From Octopus bimaculoides (lineage: Eukaryota), in NCBI RefSeq assembly GCF_001194135.2, contig NC_068981.1:17615774-17679773 (forward strand): DNA of 64,000 nucleotides, written 5' to 3'. Of this stretch, positions 62,954-64,000 are shown in pieces. Under the pieces are notes generated by a model, which was given only the letters and a program-made list of their open reading frames with translations, was not told the DNA's origin and searched no databases. A program made the translations under genes and the position numbers. Positions within the stretch are counted from its first letter, which is position 1. Every line of letters begins with the position of its first letter.

Positions 62954-64000
62954 AGAAACTGCAAAAAGCCCATCATTTAACTGCCATTTTCCATGCTGAC
63001 ATGGGTTGACTGGCTTGACAGGTGCTGACAAGACCAGGATCCAGAGTCTGTTTTTGGTTTTGGTCTACAGTTGGATGCCCTTCCTTAACACCAACCACTT
63101 TACAGAGTGCACTGGATGTCTTTTACATGCCACATCAACAGTGCCTTTTACATGATGCCATCACCAGTGCTTTGTATGCGGCACCAGCACCGGTACTTTT
63201 TACGTGGCACCTTGGCACCATGATATATGTATATAGTCATTCCTTGTATCAGTTTCGCATGCTACAATGAGTTGGGCGAGATGTTTGAGGGAAGGATTTT
63301 ACATATAGATACTCATACTGTAGCCAACCTTTATCTGTTTTCAAATAAAGGAAATTTTGTTTCAAAAGTCTTGAAGGAACCAAGAGACTGGTAATAATAT
63401 CTACCAACAAAGAATGTCAACATTATCATTGGTCAACTTGAGCAGAGATAAGCACGGAACATCAACAACCACATAATCGCACATACACAAGTGTCTTCCG
63501 GCAGTTTCCATCTACTACTACTTTCATTCACAAGGAATTGGTCGGCCTGCAGCTATAGTAAAAAGCACTGAAGGTACTACACAATGGGACCAAACTCAGA
63601 AACATAACTGCAAAGTAAGCTTTTTAACCACATGAAATGCTTGTATCTTCTTAGTCTTGATGTTTGAGCACTGGTTAAAACCAGTCTTTGTCTATATCAA
63701 TAGTGTTGCTTTTTATAACCTCCTGCAAATACATATTTGACTAGTGAACAGTTTGTTGTTTAATATTGGGGTAACAGGAAAATGTTGACAACAGGAAGAC
63801 TATCTGGTAATAGAAAAATTTGCTTCAACAAAATTTGCCTGAATCATGCAAACACAGAAAAGTGGATTTTAAAATGGTGTTGATGATGATAATGGTATAT
63901 GCTCACAAATGCAGTGCCTAACTTTGTGTTTAGAAATGCAAACAAGAATAAATAGTACTAAATATGCATGGTAGAGGTTAATTATTGTGCAAAATCAATG

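Overview
AT-rich, gap-containing eukaryotic genomic DNA, most likely from an octopus (inferred from the tRNA-derived SINE families, heavy microsatellite load and scaffold style). No prokaryotic genes, CRISPR arrays or rRNA were seen. One host gene is clearly recognisable: a + strand SQSTM1/p62 autophagy receptor, with six coding exons that splice in frame (PB1 C-terminal half 14562-14657, ZZ finger 30443-30642, linker exons 31499-31622, 32830-33056 and 35722-36424, UBA 40760->40898 running into an N-gap). Its first exon and stop codon are not visible. Most of the rest is mobile-element debris: four tRNA-headed SINE families, at least 25 5'-truncated RTE-LINE 3' ends, fragments of REL-type, CR1-like and Penelope-like retroelements, Tc1/mariner relics (including DD37D/maT-type) and Tc1/mariner, hAT and piggyBac-type MITEs, often nested with clear target-site duplications. 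Most interesting observations: (i) minimal hammerhead-ribozyme folds tied to Penelope-like sequence, one with a fully canonical core at 20479-20521 (-) and two inside long inverted repeats; (ii) the p62 ZZ domain lacks the Asp129-equivalent of the N-degron pocket, and its only good LIR candidate sits unusually far from the UBA; (iii) in-window evidence for which LINEs supply the tails of two abundant repeats; (iv) a speculative second, minus-strand gene at 45-62 kb. I see no convincing wholly new biological system. Nearly all ORFs in the supplied track are microsatellite, gap or repeat artefacts.
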